Position numbers and translations under genes: made by a program. DNA of 63,535 nt, counting the filler, from Octopus bimaculoides (lineage: Eukaryota): the NCBI RefSeq assembly GCF_001194135.2. It is 5 parts of 5 records of this genome, joined end to end, with 100 filler letters (N's around TTAATTAATTAA, not from the genome) between each part and the next. Parts side by side here need not be neighbours in the genome. Positions count along the whole stretch, not along the records: positions 42,192 to 63,535 come from NC_068991.1; 4 more parts are not named here. The stretch is one strand, 5' to 3'. Positions 62,085-63,535 of this stretch are shown in pieces (position 1 is the stretch's first letter; each line of letters begins with the position of its first letter). The notes beneath the pieces are model-generated. The model did no database searches and was not told the DNA's origin. It saw nothing but the letters and a program-made list of their open reading frames with translations.

Positions 62085-62880
62085 AGGCATGGCTGTGTGG
62101 CTAAGAGGTCTGCTTCTCAACCAAGTGGCTTCAAGTTCAGTCCTGCTATTGTGTGGTAACTTGTGAAAGTGTCTTCCACTATAGTTTAGACAGACCAGTG
62201 CCTTGTCAGTGCATTTGGAAGTTTGTTACATATNNNNNNNNNNNNNNNNNNNNNNNNNNNNNNNNNNNNNNNNNNNNNNNNNNNNNNNNNNNNNNNNNNN
62301 NNNNNNNNNNNNNNATATATATAACCGCTAAGCAGTTTTCCCTCTGAGCTAACATTTCTTATTTCTTTACTACCCACAAGGAGCTACACACAGAGGGGAC
62401 AAACAAGGACAGACAAATGAATTAAATACCGCTAAGCATTTCGCCTGGAGTGCTAACGTTTCTGCCAGCTCGCCGCCTTATAGTGGGGTGTAATATTGAA
62501 GGATATTATATTAAGTAGGTGTTTTGCTGAAGGGGTGATTATATGGCTTGCCCATTTTTTTCAAACAAAGTGCCATATAGTGGTTGTGAATTAAACCTGT
62601 GACCCACACAACTATGCTCAGGCAGTTTGAAATCACACCTTCCAAGTTTGAGTCATACCAACTCATAAGGGGCAGTTTCCTAGTTTCCGTGGCATATAGA
62701 TTCCCCACCTGGATAGGACGCTGGTCTGTTGCAGGATTACTCATTTTTGCCAACTGTGTGGACTGGAGTAATGTGAAATGAAGTGTTTTGCTCAAGAACA
62801 CAAAACGTCACTCAGTCCAGGAATGGAAACCACAATCTTACAATCATGAGTCCAACAACCTAACCACTAAGCCACTCACC
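62085..62880. mobile_element. Cluster of SINE fragments (62085-62230 plus; 62365-62480 minus; 62540-62880 minus)
   Basis: Each matches a SINE family seen elsewhere in the window. Confidence 0.7.
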
Positions 62881-63535
62881 TCTACGGTTTTAATCACACA
62901 GCCATATATATTTATTCTTGAAGAGATCTACTCTACTGTCTAATTCCAAAATAGCAGGCTGGTAAATCAGTTCCATTGTCTTTATAGAGTTAATCTCTTC
63001 CAGAGAATTTCAGTAACACAAAGACAGAATTATACCAAACACTTAGAATCTACTGCTGTAATCTGTAAAAGGAATTGTTTAAATTTCTATTCTGTGCTGG
63101 GTCTGTTGAACATTTATAGAATTATATTCACAGATGTTTTTCTCAAAGACTTATAGAATAGCATAAATCTTCTGTGAGGGCATGGAACTTATTTATTATT
63201 ATGACAAATAATGTAAATATGCTTCAGATGCTTTCAGTTAAATCAACATACATTGGGATTCTGTCAATTTCCAGTACATATCACAATGAAAATAAGGAGG
63301 AGAAAAAATGTGAGATGGATGGGTAGGAGGGTTTAAATCTCCGTTTCACTTTTTTTTTCTTTTTTTTTTTTTTTTGACATATGTCCCTTAAGGTTGCTGA
63401 GTAAGTAGTGAAGAAGAAACCGAGGAGGCAGTAGGGGGTGGGGTGGAGATGGAGAAAGATTCATTTATCATCAAGGTAATAAAGAATCATTTATCACAAA
63501 GCTGTGAATTTCTCAAATTATTTAAATATCTATAT

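Noticed and set aside
62930-63062. Candidate upstream dynein exon after the acceptor-like CTTTTACAG on the minus strand
   Set aside because: All three frames hit a stop within 11 codons, and the expected VPTxDTxRY motif is absent. The preceding exon probably lies outside the window.

Overview
AT-rich, microsatellite-dense animal genomic DNA from a gapped scaffold. The repeat families and very high (TA)n/(CA)n/(TAA)n density suggest an octopus (coleoid cephalopod) genome; this is inference, not a database match. The only host gene I can support is an internal part of an axonemal inner-arm dynein heavy chain, most like DNAH12, on the minus strand. It has nine GT-AG exons between 61945 and 42375 that splice in frame without a stop (1393 nt, about 464 codons) and cover AAA3 through most of AAA4. 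None of these exons was found as a complete ORF in the supplied track, and almost all long track ORFs are artefacts of N-gaps and microsatellites. The rest is transposon debris: tRNA-head SINEs, RTE and CR1-like LINE fragments, an R4/Dong-like retrotransposon sitting in (TAA)n tracts, Penelope-like remnants with hammerhead-like cores, mariner, maT (DD37D) and hAT relics, a TA-flanked MITE, Helitron/Helentron ends, and 17-, 33- and 86-bp tandem repeats. Four artificial 100-bp joins (44 N + TTAATTAATTAA + 44 N) split the window into five blocks. CpG content changes sharply at some of these joins, and the dynein exon chain stops 183 bp from one of them. I found no convincing new protein-coding system. 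The best leads are the (TAA)n-targeted retroelement, the hammerhead-like cores in a SINE and a Penelope-like end, SINE-derived satellites, and an intronic inverted repeat that could be an ADAR substrate.
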